A stretch of DNA of 64,000 bases from an uncultured delta proteobacterium (GTDB lineage Bacteria > Desulfobacterota > RBG-13-43-22), in the NCBI GenBank assembly GCA_963743305.1, contig CAVUPH010000014.1, positions 192,001 through 256,000 of the forward strand. The letters are read 5' to 3'. How positions within the stretch are numbered: the first letter of the stretch is position 1; every line of letters starts with the position of its first letter. The translations under genes were made by a program, and so were the position numbers. Positions 37,232-47,252 of this stretch are shown one piece after another. The notes below the pieces were generated by a model. The model saw nothing but the letters and a program-made list of their open reading frames with translations. It ran no database searches and was not told the DNA's origin.

Positions 37232-38023
37232 GTGCCCATTTCCTGGTTGAACTGGTCTCTGACGCAATTTCAGGCTTTCGTCATCGTCCTGACCCGGGTG
37301 GCCGCAGTCTTGTTTATGATGCCGCTCCTGGGTACGCGCTATGTGCCCACCCTGGTAAAAATCGGGCTGGCTTTGGTGATCAGCTTGATCCTCCTGCCCT
37401 TGGTCAAGGTGGAAGTCTCGGCCGCCCTGTTTGAACCGGTGGGCTTCGCCTGGTATCTGATCGCCGAGCTGATGCTCGGCCTCATCCTGGGGCTGACCAT
37501 GAAGCTGATCTTCGCCGGGATCCAGTTGGCCGGGGAGTTCATGGGTTATCAGATGGGCCTGGCCATGGCCAGCCTTTTTGACCCCCAGTCCGGGACGAAC
37601 AACACGGTGACGGCCGAGTTCCTTTATCTGGTGGCCCTCTTGTTTTTCCTGGCCCTGAACGGGCACCACTGGTTTTTTAGGGCCCTGGTGGAAAGTTTCC
37701 GGGAAGTTGAACCGGGGGTCTTGCTGATTCGGACTGGCTTGTATGAATACCTGCTGCAGCTTTCCGGAAAGATGTTCGTGATCGCCATCAAGCTGGTGGC
37801 CCCGGTCATGGCCATTGTCTTGTTTGTCCATATGGCCTTGGGTCTGACGGCCAAGATGGTCCCCCAAATCAATCTCCTGATGGCCAGTTTTCCCTTGACC
37901 ATCGGCCTGGGTCTGGTCTTTCTGGCCTTATCGATCGAACTATTCGCCCCGTATTTTCAATCCCTGTTTGAAGAAACGGGAATGGGAATGATAAAAACCG
38001 TTCTCCCTTTAATGGGCAGGTAA
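37232..38023 (+). CDS. fliR: Export gate protein FliR
   Basis: AGEFMGYQMGL..A..FDP; LNGHH; PQINL...FP. Confidence 0.95.
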   Translation: MPISWLNWSLTQFQAFVIVLTRVAAVLFMMPLLGTRYVPTLVKIGLALVISLILLPLVKVEVSAALFEPVGFAWYLIAELMLGLILGLTMKLIFAGIQLAGEFMGYQMGLAMASLFDPQSGTNNTVTAEFLYLVALLFFLALNGHHWFFRALVESFREVEPGVLLIRTGLYEYLLQLSGKMFVIAIKLVAPVMAIVLFVHMALGLTAKMVPQINLLMASFPLTIGLGLVFLALSIELFAPYFQSLFEETGMGMIKTVLPLMGR

Positions 38024-38025
38024 CC

Positions 38026-39093
38026 ATGGCTGAAGAATTTTCCGGGGAAAAAAGCGAACAGGCAACGCCGCGGCGGCGGGAGGAGGCCCGTAAAAAGGGA
38101 CAGATCGCCAAAAGCCGAGAAATCCCTTCGGTCCTGGTGTTGATGACCGGGCTGCTGGTCCTTTTATTAATCGGCCGGCATTTGACACAACGTTTGGCGG
38201 ACTTCACGGCCCAGATGCTGGGACGGGCCGGCACGCTGTCGATCACACCCTCCTCGGTCCAGGCCCTGGGTCAGGAGCTGGTTACTTTTCTCCTGGTAGC
38301 CCTGGCTCCCCTCATGCTGGCAGTCCTGGCCATGGCGGTTCTGTCCAACTATATCCAGGTCGGTTCCCTGTTTGCCTTGGAACTCATCAAACCCGATTTT
38401 TCCAAGATCGATATTTTTAAGGGTTTGAAGCGTCTCTTTTCGATCCAATCCTTAGTGGAGATGCTTAAATCCTTGCTGAAATTGGTGATTATCGGCTATG
38501 TGGCCTATTCCACCATCGCCGGAGAACTGAAAGAAATCCTACCCCTCACCGATCAGGAATTACCCGCCATCTTTAGCTATATCAGTCGGGTATCTTTCAA
38601 CATCTTCATCAAGTCGACCCTGGTGATGGCCCTGCTGGCCGGTCTGGACTATGTTTTCCAGCGGTTTCAGCACGAAAAGAAACTGCGCATGTCCCATCAG
38701 GAATTAAAAGAAGAGTTTAAACAGACCGAAGGAGACCCGTTAATCAAATCGCGGGTGCGCAGCCTCCAAAGGGAAATGGCCCGCCGGAGGATGATGGCCG
38801 AAGTCCCCAAGGCCGATGTGATCATCACCAACCCAACCCATTTGGCCATAGCCGTAACTTATCGTAACGGGGAAATGGTCGCCCCCCAAGTGTCGGCCAA
38901 GGGGGCGAATTTTCTGGCTGAGAAGATCAAAGAAATCGCCCGACACCATGGAATTCCCATCCTGGAAAATAAACCCCTGGCCCAAGCCCTCTTTAAAACC
39001 GTGGATTTGGGGCAGATGATCCCTCCCAGCCTCTACCAAGTGGTAGCGGAAATTTTAGCCTATGTGTACCGGCTTAAAAACAAAAGGATCTGA
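38026..39093 (+). CDS. flhB: Export switch protein FlhB
   Basis: EKSEQATPRR..EARKKGQ; EGDP.IK; ADVIITNPTH autocleavage motif. Confidence 0.96.
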   Translation: MAEEFSGEKSEQATPRRREEARKKGQIAKSREIPSVLVLMTGLLVLLLIGRHLTQRLADFTAQMLGRAGTLSITPSSVQALGQELVTFLLVALAPLMLAVLAMAVLSNYIQVGSLFALELIKPDFSKIDIFKGLKRLFSIQSLVEMLKSLLKLVIIGYVAYSTIAGELKEILPLTDQELPAIFSYISRVSFNIFIKSTLVMALLAGLDYVFQRFQHEKKLRMSHQELKEEFKQTEGDPLIKSRVRSLQREMARRRMMAEVPKADVIITNPTHLAIAVTYRNGEMVAPQVSAKGANFLAEKIKEIARHHGIPILENKPLAQALFKTVDLGQMIPPSLYQVVAEILAYVYRLKNKRI

Positions 39094-39146
39094 GGAGAAG
39101 ATGAAACCCATTTTTCTTTGTCCCAGAGACATTCCCAGAGGGCACC

Positions 39147-41246
39147 ATGGCGGTTGATTCTTTAGCTCCGGCTGCTCCGCTTCTTAAGAACAAAATCCGT
39201 TTAGACCAGGTCGACCTGATGATGGGGATCGGGGTGGTGGCCGTGCTCCTGGTCATGATCATCCCTTTGCCGGCTTTCATTTTGGATATACTTCTGTCCC
39301 TGAGCATCACCTGCTCTCTGGTCATTTTATTGACCTCCACCTATATTACCAAGCCCCTGGAATTTTCCACTTTTCCCTCCGTCCTGCTGGTCACCACCCT
39401 GTTCCGGCTGTCCCTGAACGTGGCCTCTACCCGCCTGATCCTCCTGCACGGCAACGAGGGCGCCGCCGCCGCCGGGCAGGTGATTCGATCTTTTGGCAAT
39501 TTCGTGGTGGGCGGCAATTTTCTGGTGGGGTTTATCATCTTCAGCATCTTAGTCATTATTAATTTTGTGGTTATTACCAAGGGAAGCGGTCGAATCGCCG
39601 AAGTGGCGGCCCGCTTTACCCTGGATGCCATGCCGGGCAAGCAGATGGCCATCGATGCCGACTTGAACGCCGGGTTGATCGATGATCGGGAGGCCCGAAG
39701 CCGACGCGGCCAGATCGCCCGGGAGGCCGAATTTTATGGATCCATGGATGGGGCCAGCAAATTCGTTCGCGGGGAAGCCATTGCCGGGATCATTATCATT
39801 CTAATCAATATCGGCGGCGGATTCATCATCGGAGTGTTGCAGCAATCCTTGTCGCTGGCCGTGGCCGCTCAGAACTACACCATCCTGACTATCGGCGACG
39901 CCTTGGTGACCCAGATCCCGGCCCTGATGATTTCCACGGCCGCCGGTATTATCGTCACCCGGGCCGCCTCGGAAAACAGCATGGGAAAAGAACTCGGGCG
40001 GCAGTTCAAACTCCAGCCTCAGGCGATCAGTCTATCCGCCGGCATCCTTTTTTTCTTTGGCCTAATACCCGGACTGCCCCACATTCCCTTTATCGGTCTG
40101 GCGTTGATTATCGGCTTTCTAGCGTTTCTGGCCTTCCGGGAACAAAAACGGCTGGCGGAAGGGCTGGCGGCGGCGGAACCCAAAAAAGGTGCCGCTCAAC
40201 CCGCCGAGCAGATCGAATCCCTGCTGCATCTGGACCTGCTGGAATTGGAGGTGGGCTACGGTTTGATCCCCTTGGTGGATGAAGAACAACAGGGAAATCT
40301 CCTGGAACGGATCCGTTCCATCCGGCGCCAGTTTGCCTTGGAAATGGGTTTTATCGTTTCCCCGCTGCGGGTCCGGGACAACTTGCAGTTGAAACCGGGG
40401 GAATATCGCTTTCTGATTAAGAACAACGAAGTTGCCAAAGGAGAAATGATGTTGGGCTATTGCCTGGCGTTGAACCCCGGCGACGTGAAAAACGTCATCG
40501 AGGGAATCCCCACCCAGGAACCCGCTTTTCAACTCCCGGCCCTGTGGATCTCCGAAAAAAGAAAAGACGAGGCCCAGTTTGCCGGTTATACGGTGGTGGA
40601 TATTTCGACCATTATCGCCACTCATTTAACGGAAGTCATCCGGAGCCATGCCCAGGAATTGCTGAGCCGTCAGGACGTGCAAAAATTATTGGATCACCTG
40701 TCCCAGAGTTACCCCAAATCGGTGGATGAATTAATCCCCAACCTGCTTTCCCTCGGGGTAATTCAGAGGGTTTTACAGAATTTATTGAAAGAAAGGGTTT
40801 CCATCCGGGATCTCCTGACCATCGTTGAAACTTTGGCTGACTACGGCCCGGTCACCAAAGATCCGGATATCCTTACCGAGTACGTTCGTCAAAAAATCGC
40901 CCGTTCCATCCTGAAACAATATGAAACCGTCGAAGGTGTTTTGCCGCTGGTCACCCTGGATCAGCATCTGGAAGACATTCTTCGGGACGGCATTCAGAAA
41001 GTGGACCAGGGCGCCTATCTTTCCTTAGAGCCCAGTCTGGCCCAGCGGATCCTGGTCAGCATCAACCAGACCCTGGAAAAAACCGTGCATTTAAATTATC
41101 AACCGATCATTCTCTGTTCGCCACCGATTCGGCGCCATCTAAAAAAACTGCTGGACCGGTTTATGCCCCAAGTGGTGGTCATCTCTCATAATGAGCTGAC
41201 CGCCAAATCCAAAATTCAATCCTTAGGTACGGTGACTATCAGCTAA
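39147..41246 (+). CDS. flhA: Export apparatus protein FlhA
   Basis: RIAEVAARFTLDAMPGKQMAIDADLNAG; FYGSMDGASKFV. Confidence 0.97.
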   Translation: MAVDSLAPAAPLLKNKIRLDQVDLMMGIGVVAVLLVMIIPLPAFILDILLSLSITCSLVILLTSTYITKPLEFSTFPSVLLVTTLFRLSLNVASTRLILLHGNEGAAAAGQVIRSFGNFVVGGNFLVGFIIFSILVIINFVVITKGSGRIAEVAARFTLDAMPGKQMAIDADLNAGLIDDREARSRRGQIAREAEFYGSMDGASKFVRGEAIAGIIIILINIGGGFIIGVLQQSLSLAVAAQNYTILTIGDALVTQIPALMISTAAGIIVTRAASENSMGKELGRQFKLQPQAISLSAGILFFFGLIPGLPHIPFIGLALIIGFLAFLAFREQKRLAEGLAAAEPKKGAAQPAEQIESLLHLDLLELEVGYGLIPLVDEEQQGNLLERIRSIRRQFALEMGFIVSPLRVRDNLQLKPGEYRFLIKNNEVAKGEMMLGYCLALNPGDVKNVIEGIPTQEPAFQLPALWISEKRKDEAQFAGYTVVDISTIIATHLTEVIRSHAQELLSRQDVQKLLDHLSQSYPKSVDELIPNLLSLGVIQRVLQNLLKERVSIRDLLTIVETLADYGPVTKDPDILTEYVRQKIARSILKQYETVEGVLPLVTLDQHLEDILRDGIQKVDQGAYLSLEPSLAQRILVSINQTLEKTVHLNYQPIILCSPPIRRHLKKLLDRFMPQVVVISHNELTAKSKIQSLGTVTIS

Positions 41247-42271
41247 TGCGCATCCGAAGGTTCGAAGCCGAAAATATGCAAGAAGCCATGAAACAGGTCA
41301 AGGCCGTTTTGGGCCCGGAGGCCTTAATCCTTTCCTCCCGATCGATCAAAAATCCAAATCAGCCGCTACAGTCGATTTTTGAAATCGTGGCCGCCACGGA
41401 CCCTGACCCGACACCGGACTTTCCCAAACAACCGCCCCGAGTGCCTTCCCGAAGCCGGCCTTATTCTTCGGAAGTCCGCTCGGGGTCGCCTTCCCCCGAG
41501 AGGATCGTGGAAAAACTTCTGGCCTGCGGGCTCTCCCCGGATTGGGTGAGTCCCTTGATCCGGGAGCTCAAGGCCCTCTCCGGGAAGGAAAAAGATCTCG
41601 CGGGAGAACAATTCCAGGATTATCTCGTCCGAAGACTGGCGGACGGGGTGGAAGTAGCCGGCCCGCAACAATCCGCCGGCCGGGTCTATGCCCTGGTCGG
41701 TCCCACCGGGGTGGGGAAAACAACGACTATCGCCAAGTTGGCCGCCTATTTCAGTTTAAAAATGGCCCAAAAAGTCCTGCTGCTGACCATTGACACCTAT
41801 CGGATTGGGGCGGTGGAACAACTGGCCACCTACGCCCGTATTCTGGGCCTTCCCCTGAAGGTGGCGGCCAGCCCGAAAGAACTAAAATCCTGTCTGGAAG
41901 AGCGGGGTGAACAGGATCTGGTGCTGATTGATACCGCGGGCCGAAGTCCCAATAACACCGGGATGCTGGATGAGTTACGGGACTTTCTGACCGTTTCTCC
42001 GGTTATTGGGAGCCACCTGGTGGTCAGCGCCACCACCAAAGAGGGGGACATAAAAAAGATTATCTCCGGCTTCAGCGGCCTCCCCCTGGAAGGGTATATC
42101 TGCACCAAGCTCGACGAAACGGACCATTATCTCCCGCTGCTCAATCAATTGGTGCCGACCCGACGTCCCTTGGCCTATTTTACCCACGGCCAGCGGGTAC
42201 CCGAGGATTTGGAGCAGGTTACCAAGTCCCGGATAGTCCGATTATTATCCAATCAAATTCATTGGAATTGA
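41246..42271 (+). CDS. flhF: SRP-family GTPase FlhF
   Basis: GPTGVGKTTT, DTYRIGA, DTAGR, TKLDET, GQRVPED. Confidence 0.93.
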   Translation: MRIRRFEAENMQEAMKQVKAVLGPEALILSSRSIKNPNQPLQSIFEIVAATDPDPTPDFPKQPPRVPSRSRPYSSEVRSGSPSPERIVEKLLACGLSPDWVSPLIRELKALSGKEKDLAGEQFQDYLVRRLADGVEVAGPQQSAGRVYALVGPTGVGKTTTIAKLAAYFSLKMAQKVLLLTIDTYRIGAVEQLATYARILGLPLKVAASPKELKSCLEERGEQDLVLIDTAGRSPNNTGMLDELRDFLTVSPVIGSHLVVSATTKEGDIKKIISGFSGLPLEGYICTKLDETDHYLPLLNQLVPTRRPLAYFTHGQRVPEDLEQVTKSRIVRLLSNQIHWN

Positions 42272-42285
42272 TGAGGGGGCCCCGG

Positions 42286-43203
42286 ATGGATCAAGCGGAA
42301 GGTTTAAGGAAGATGGTCAACGGCGCCCAGGTTGATTTCAAGGCCCTGCAGTCCGCCCCCAGCGCCTCGCTGTCGCCGAATGACAGCCCACAGGTGATCT
42401 CCATTTCCAGCGGCAAAGGTGGAGTGGGGAAAACCAATATTGTGGTCAACCTGGCTTTGGCCCTGACCCGGTTAGGGAAGAGGGTTCTGATCCTGGATGC
42501 CGACCTGGGATTGGCGAATATTGATATTTTACTCGGATTGAATCCGCGCTACACCATCGAGCACTTGCTGACCGGTCAGAAGCGACTAGAGGATATTTTA
42601 GTCCAGGGTCCGGAAGGAATGGTGATCCTGCCGGCCGGGTCCGGGATCCCGGAACTGGCCGACTTAAGTGAGGGTCAAAAACTTTTTCTCTTGAGCGAGA
42701 TGGATCAATTGTCGCAGCGCATCGATCTCCTCTTAATTGACACCGGCGCGGGAATCTCGGCTAATGTGCTCTATTTCAACCTGGCCGCCCAGGAATCGAT
42801 CATCATTATCACTCCGGAGCCCACTTCCCTGACCGATGCCTATGCTTTGATCAAGGTGCTGGCCACCCGACATCAAAAAAAGCATTTTATGGTCCTCGCC
42901 AATTCCGTGACCACTGAACCGGAGGCCAAGGAAGTCTTTAGAAAAATCAGTCTGGTCGCCGATCGTTTTTTAGGCAGTGTCTCTTTGGATTATCTGGGGT
43001 TTATTCCTTTGGATGATCATGTCCTCAAGGCGGTCAGGAAACAAAAGGCCGTCCTGGAGCTCTTTCCGCAATCTCCGGCCGGGAAAAGTTTTATGGCCCT
43101 CTCGCAGCGCCTGCTGGACCGGCCCTTTCGTAACCGAAACGAAGGCAATATTCAGTTTTTCTGGAAGCAGGTCTGGGAGCATTCCCATTTTAACGTCTCA
43201 TGA
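42286..43203 (+). CDS. flhG: MinD-like ATPase FlhG/FleN
   Basis: MDQAEGLR; SGKGGVGKT; DADLGLANID; PEPTSLTDAY. Confidence 0.93.
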   Translation: MDQAEGLRKMVNGAQVDFKALQSAPSASLSPNDSPQVISISSGKGGVGKTNIVVNLALALTRLGKRVLILDADLGLANIDILLGLNPRYTIEHLLTGQKRLEDILVQGPEGMVILPAGSGIPELADLSEGQKLFLLSEMDQLSQRIDLLLIDTGAGISANVLYFNLAAQESIIIITPEPTSLTDAYALIKVLATRHQKKHFMVLANSVTTEPEAKEVFRKISLVADRFLGSVSLDYLGFIPLDDHVLKAVRKQKAVLELFPQSPAGKSFMALSQRLLDRPFRNRNEGNIQFFWKQVWEHSHFNVS

Positions 43204-44021
43204 AAAGGATGACTGCTTTGAAAGCAAGTTTACAAAATTTTAACCAGGTGAACGGATCGGCCCCCTTGAGGGCTTACGGCTCCGACCCGGAACCGTCGGC
43301 CGAGCGGGAGACCTTGATTCTCAAATACGCCCCGTTAATCAAATACATCGCCCATCGTTTGGCCATGCGGCTTCCGGCTCACGTCTCCGTGGAAGATTTG
43401 ATCAGTGCCGGGGCCATCGGATTGATGGATGCCCTGAATAAATTTGACCCGGGCAAGAAGGTCCAGTTCTCTACCTATGCGGAGTACCGGATTAAAGGGG
43501 CCATGCTGGACGAATTGAGGGCCCTGGACTGGGTACCTCGTTCGGTGCGGCAGAAGATGTCTCGTCTGGACAAGGCCTACTGGGAACTGGAAAAAGAAAA
43601 AGGCCGCCCGGTGGAAGATGAGGAGATGGCCGAGGCCTTGGGGGTGACGCTCACCGATTTTTATGGACTGCTCAATGACACCAATCGGGTATCGCTCCTG
43701 GATATCGAAAATCTACCGCGTCAATTAGCCGGTTTAAAAGATGATGAATTGGTGCAGTTGCTCCGGGATGATGAACATCGGGATCCCGCCTTTCAATTAA
43801 GCCTCATGGAAGTGAAAAAAATCTTGGCCCAGGCCATCGAGCGATTGTCCCAGAAAGAAAAAACCATCATCTCGCTTTATTATTATGAAGAAATGACCTT
43901 AAAGGAAATCGGCCAGATTATGGGATTTACCGAATCCCGAATTTGCCAAATTCATTCCAAGGTTATCTTGAAGTTACGGGTCCAACTGAAAAAAGTATTC
44001 GATGCGGAAAGGTTATCATAA
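43200..44021 (+). CDS. fliA: RNA polymerase sigma28 factor
   Basis: RIKGAMLDELRALDWVPRSVR; LYYYEEMTLKEIG..GFTESRICQIH. Confidence 0.95.
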   Translation: MKRMTALKASLQNFNQVNGSAPLRAYGSDPEPSAERETLILKYAPLIKYIAHRLAMRLPAHVSVEDLISAGAIGLMDALNKFDPGKKVQFSTYAEYRIKGAMLDELRALDWVPRSVRQKMSRLDKAYWELEKEKGRPVEDEEMAEALGVTLTDFYGLLNDTNRVSLLDIENLPRQLAGLKDDELVQLLRDDEHRDPAFQLSLMEVKKILAQAIERLSQKEKTIISLYYYEEMTLKEIGQIMGFTESRICQIHSKVILKLRVQLKKVFDAERLS

Positions 44022-44048
44022 CTTCTGGTCAAAAAGGGGGAGCTGGAT

Positions 44049-44429
44049 ATGGATGTTAAGATGAGGGTTTTGGTGGTGGATGATTTTTCCACTATGCGGC
44101 GGATTGTCAAAAATATTCTTCGGCAGTTGGGATTTGAAAACATTTTGGAAGCCGACGACGGGATGAGCGCCCTGGACGTGTTGCGCAGCCAGAAGGTCGA
44201 TTTCATCATTTCCGACTGGAATATGCCTCGCTTTTCCGGGATCGAACTGCTAAAAGCCGTCCGGACCAATGAAGAGTGGAAAGACCTCCCCTTCCTGATG
44301 GTTACGGCCGAAGGTCAAAAGGAAAACGTGATTGAGGCCGTCAAAGCCAAGGTCAGCAATTATATTGTCAAGCCTTTTACGCCGGAAACGTTGGCCGAAA
44401 AGATCAAGAAAATTTTTGAAAAAGGGTAA
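44049..44429 (+). CDS. cheY: Chemotaxis response regulator CheY
   Basis: VVDDFSTMRRIV; SDWNMP; MVTAE; YIVKPF. Confidence 0.95.
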   Translation: MDVKMRVLVVDDFSTMRRIVKNILRQLGFENILEADDGMSALDVLRSQKVDFIISDWNMPRFSGIELLKAVRTNEEWKDLPFLMVTAEGQKENVIEAVKAKVSNYIVKPFTPETLAEKIKKIFEKG

Positions 44430-44432
44430 ATC

Positions 44433-44921
44433 ATGACTCGCCGGGGACGGTTTTTTTTCTCAAAGAAAGGATGGGGCCTGATCCTCCTGGCGCTGATCCT
44501 CTGCGGAGGATGGTGGCTCTCCAGCCAGGGACGGCCGGGGGATGACCGGCTAACCGCCTTTTTATTCACTAAAGCCGCTACCCCTTTACCCGTCCGGGAA
44601 ATACCCGGAACCGGGCGCAGAGAAATGAAGGGCTGGAAGCTGACCCCTTTTTGGCTGTCGCTGGTTCACCAGGGACAGCCTACCCTGGCGGAGATTCGGG
44701 TGGCCTTGCAGCTTGCCGCCCCCTTCAGTCCTGATGAAGGATCGATCCGCTTAAGGGAATTGCGGGAGACCGTTTGGAGTGTTTTACGGGCGCCCGAAGA
44801 TACCCTGTTGCAACCGGGGGGAAGAAATCGGATGGAAGAGACTTTGACGGTTCGCTTGAATGAGAACATTTTTCAAGGAACACTAAAGGGGGTAACGCTG
44901 GAGATCTTTCCCTGGTCGTAG
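44433..44921 (+). CDS. Divergent FliL-like membrane protein
   Basis: N-terminal TM helix; LTPFWLSL...IRVAL...LRETVWSVL...GRNRM...LN follows the FliL pattern. Confidence 0.6.
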   Translation: MTRRGRFFFSKKGWGLILLALILCGGWWLSSQGRPGDDRLTAFLFTKAATPLPVREIPGTGRREMKGWKLTPFWLSLVHQGQPTLAEIRVALQLAAPFSPDEGSIRLRELRETVWSVLRAPEDTLLQPGGRNRMEETLTVRLNENIFQGTLKGVTLEIFPWS

Positions 44922-44958
44922 AGTTCCCAGGGACCGGCCTTCCTCTCCGAAGATCGTT

Positions 44959-45177
44959 ATGGCTGACAGTTTCCTATCCACACCGCTCAATCAAACGGTA
45001 CCGGTGAACCAGCTCCGGGATTCCAAACAGGAGGTGCTGGACCGCTACGGGAAAAGGCCGCGGCCGAAGAAACCCGAAGGACTGCCCCCGAAGCCGGAAG
45101 AAGAAGAGAAATCCGCAACCCCGGAGATCGAAGAGGAAACCAAAAAATCCGGGAAGATTTTGGACATCGTCATCTGA
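44959..45177 (+). CDS. Small hypothetical protein
   Basis: In-operon position; charged sequence ending KSGKILDIVI. Confidence 0.6.
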   Translation: MADSFLSTPLNQTVPVNQLRDSKQEVLDRYGKRPRPKKPEGLPPKPEEEEKSATPEIEEETKKSGKILDIVI

Positions 45178-45184
45178 AAAAATT

Positions 45185-45646
45185 ATGAATATGGAAAATC
45201 CCATCTTTTGGATGACCGTCCTAGAAGCGGCGGCCATTGTGATCTTATCCGTCTCGATCCTCTGGATGCTCTGGGCCAAAAGAACCGGAAAGTGGGCTGC
45301 CGGCGAGCAAGCTCCCGCGCTGCCGATCGAAGAACTCAGGCAACTAATGGAAGAATCCCAGGTCATTACCCGGGACCTGGCCGTAAATTTAAAGGAAAAA
45401 AAATTGATTTCCCATCAATTGCTAGAGCAATTGGATGAAAAAATCAATAAATTAACTTGGCTGCTGGGTCGGGCCGAGGAAGCATCCCTTCAGCCTCGGC
45501 CGACGGAGAACACCACCAACATCTACGTTAAAGCTATTGAATTGGCGGATCAAGGCCTTTCTCTACCGGAAATCGAGCAACAACTCCACCTGGCCAAAGG
45601 GGAGGTCCAATTACTGTTGGACCTGAAGGCCTACTGCCTGAAATAA
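45185..45646 (+). CDS. DUF2802/SwrB-like single-pass membrane protein
   Basis: TM helix, coiled coil, C-terminal AIELADQGLSLPEIEQQLHLAKGEVQLLL. Confidence 0.7.
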   Translation: MNMENPIFWMTVLEAAAIVILSVSILWMLWAKRTGKWAAGEQAPALPIEELRQLMEESQVITRDLAVNLKEKKLISHQLLEQLDEKINKLTWLLGRAEEASLQPRPTENTTNIYVKAIELADQGLSLPEIEQQLHLAKGEVQLLLDLKAYCLK

Positions 45647-45662
45647 ATCACCGAGGACCTTC

Positions 45663-46751
45663 GTGCCGATCCCCTCTTTGGACGCCATCCTAAACGCCGT
45701 CGGAATAACCCTTCTGCCTGCCAAACCGATCGATCGGGACTGGTTCACTCTGGGAGAAATCATCCCGGTGAAATGGGTACGTTCTCTGGACCCGCAACGG
45801 ATCCTCATCCAGGTTAAAGGGAGGGAACTGGTTGCCGAAACGGCTTTCCCCCTTCCCGAGGGGACTGAATTCCAGGCGCGGGTGGAGCAATTGGAACCCC
45901 GCATAATCTTTAAGTTCCTGATGCCGGCCAGCGGCGATTCGGTTTCTTTCAGCCTGCTTAAAAAATATTGGGTCGGCGATCCGCCGCTGGAGAGGCTGGT
46001 CGAAAGTTGGAAAGCGCTCGAAAACTCCCAAGGACCTTCTCGGTCCAAGGAAGTTCAGGAGACCTGGACCCGAATCCGGGAGACGATCAAGATTTTTTCC
46101 GGGATGCTGGAAGCCGGCGCGGATCCCCAGGCCTTGGCCCGGATCATTGATCAATCGGGTCTGAACTTGGAAAATAAAATACGGCGAATAATCAATGCGG
46201 ACGGAAAGCCTTTCCCAGCAGACCTGCTGCTTGGGGACCTGAAAGGCCTGCTCTTAAAAATGAAGGCCCAGTTGGAACGGGTTGCACCGGAAACGGCTCA
46301 TGAACTTCAACCACTTATCCAAAAGATGGAGCTCTACCAATTGCTCAATGCCGGGGAGGGAGACCCTTCTAAACTCCTCCTCCTAATTCCCTTTCTTTTC
46401 CCGGAAGGGCTTCGCTGGACGGAAATCCTATTTTCCGGGGATCGGGGAGGCCGAGAATCCGCCGAAGAACGGGGAAACGGCCTTCTTTTTCTCCTGGACC
46501 TGCCGGCTCTGGGAAAATTGCAGGTTGAGATCCAAATCCGTGAAAACCGTCTGCACGGCCGTTTCAAAACGGCGGATCCAAGGATCGGGGAATATTTGCA
46601 GGAAAACCTGTCCCGACTGGCAGACCGCCTGGGGCTGGCCGGATATTTGGCGGATATCGAAATCCGGGTGGTGGACCCGCAGCAACTCCAGGAGATCCTA
46701 CCGGCCCGGATGGAAAGTTTCCCGGATTCCTTGGTGAGCCTGGTGGTTTGA
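45663..46751 (+). CDS. Second FliK-C-domain-containing protein
   Basis: SGLNLENK, DLKGLLL, LLDLPALGKLQVEI...L.DRL..AGY. Confidence 0.7.
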   Translation: MPIPSLDAILNAVGITLLPAKPIDRDWFTLGEIIPVKWVRSLDPQRILIQVKGRELVAETAFPLPEGTEFQARVEQLEPRIIFKFLMPASGDSVSFSLLKKYWVGDPPLERLVESWKALENSQGPSRSKEVQETWTRIRETIKIFSGMLEAGADPQALARIIDQSGLNLENKIRRIINADGKPFPADLLLGDLKGLLLKMKAQLERVAPETAHELQPLIQKMELYQLLNAGEGDPSKLLLLIPFLFPEGLRWTEILFSGDRGGRESAEERGNGLLFLLDLPALGKLQVEIQIRENRLHGRFKTADPRIGEYLQENLSRLADRLGLAGYLADIEIRVVDPQQLQEILPARMESFPDSLVSLVV

Positions 46752-47038
46752 TGGCGCGGAAAAAGGAATTTCACCAGGCGGCTGCCTTGAAATATCACCC
46801 GGGCCAGGATTCGGCCCCCCGGGTCACGGCCCGAGGGTCCGGCCTGGTGGCGGAAAAGATTATTGATCTGGCTCGCCGAAACGGCATTCCCATTAAGGAG
46901 GATCCGGCCCTGATTCAGGTCCTGTCAAAACTGGATCTCAATCAGGAAATTCCACCGGCTGTTTATGTAGTGGTGGCCGAGATCCTGGCTTTCGTCTATT
47001 CCCTTAACAAAGGATACGCGGGAGCCAAGAAATCTTAA
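46751..47038 (+). CDS. Stand-alone FlhB C-terminal (EscU/YscU/FlhX-like) protein
   Basis: AAALKY....APRVTARG.GLVAEKII..A...IPI.ED..L...L....EIPP..Y.VVAEILAFVY. Confidence 0.9.
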   Translation: MARKKEFHQAAALKYHPGQDSAPRVTARGSGLVAEKIIDLARRNGIPIKEDPALIQVLSKLDLNQEIPPAVYVVVAEILAFVYSLNKGYAGAKKS

Positions 47039-47063
47039 GTTTCAGCGACAAAACTTCACTCTA

Positions 47064-47076
47064 GGTAAAAATTTCC
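47064..47076. promoter_or_regulatory. Putative enhancer, GG-N9-CC (ftr-like) class
   Basis: GGTAAAAATTTCC about 190 bp upstream of the flgF promoter. Confidence 0.5.
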
Positions 47077-47252
47077 TATCCGGGCAAAACGGCACACCCT
47101 GGAGGGACTCCGGGGAAGCAATTCAAGCCTTCTCCGGGCTGATACTTATCGGGTGGGCTGGAGAGATAAAAAATATATAATGAATTTAATTAGTTAAATT
47201 TAGTGGGGCCATTCCCGGCCTGGCCAAGGATTCGGCCCTAGGACAGACCCAA

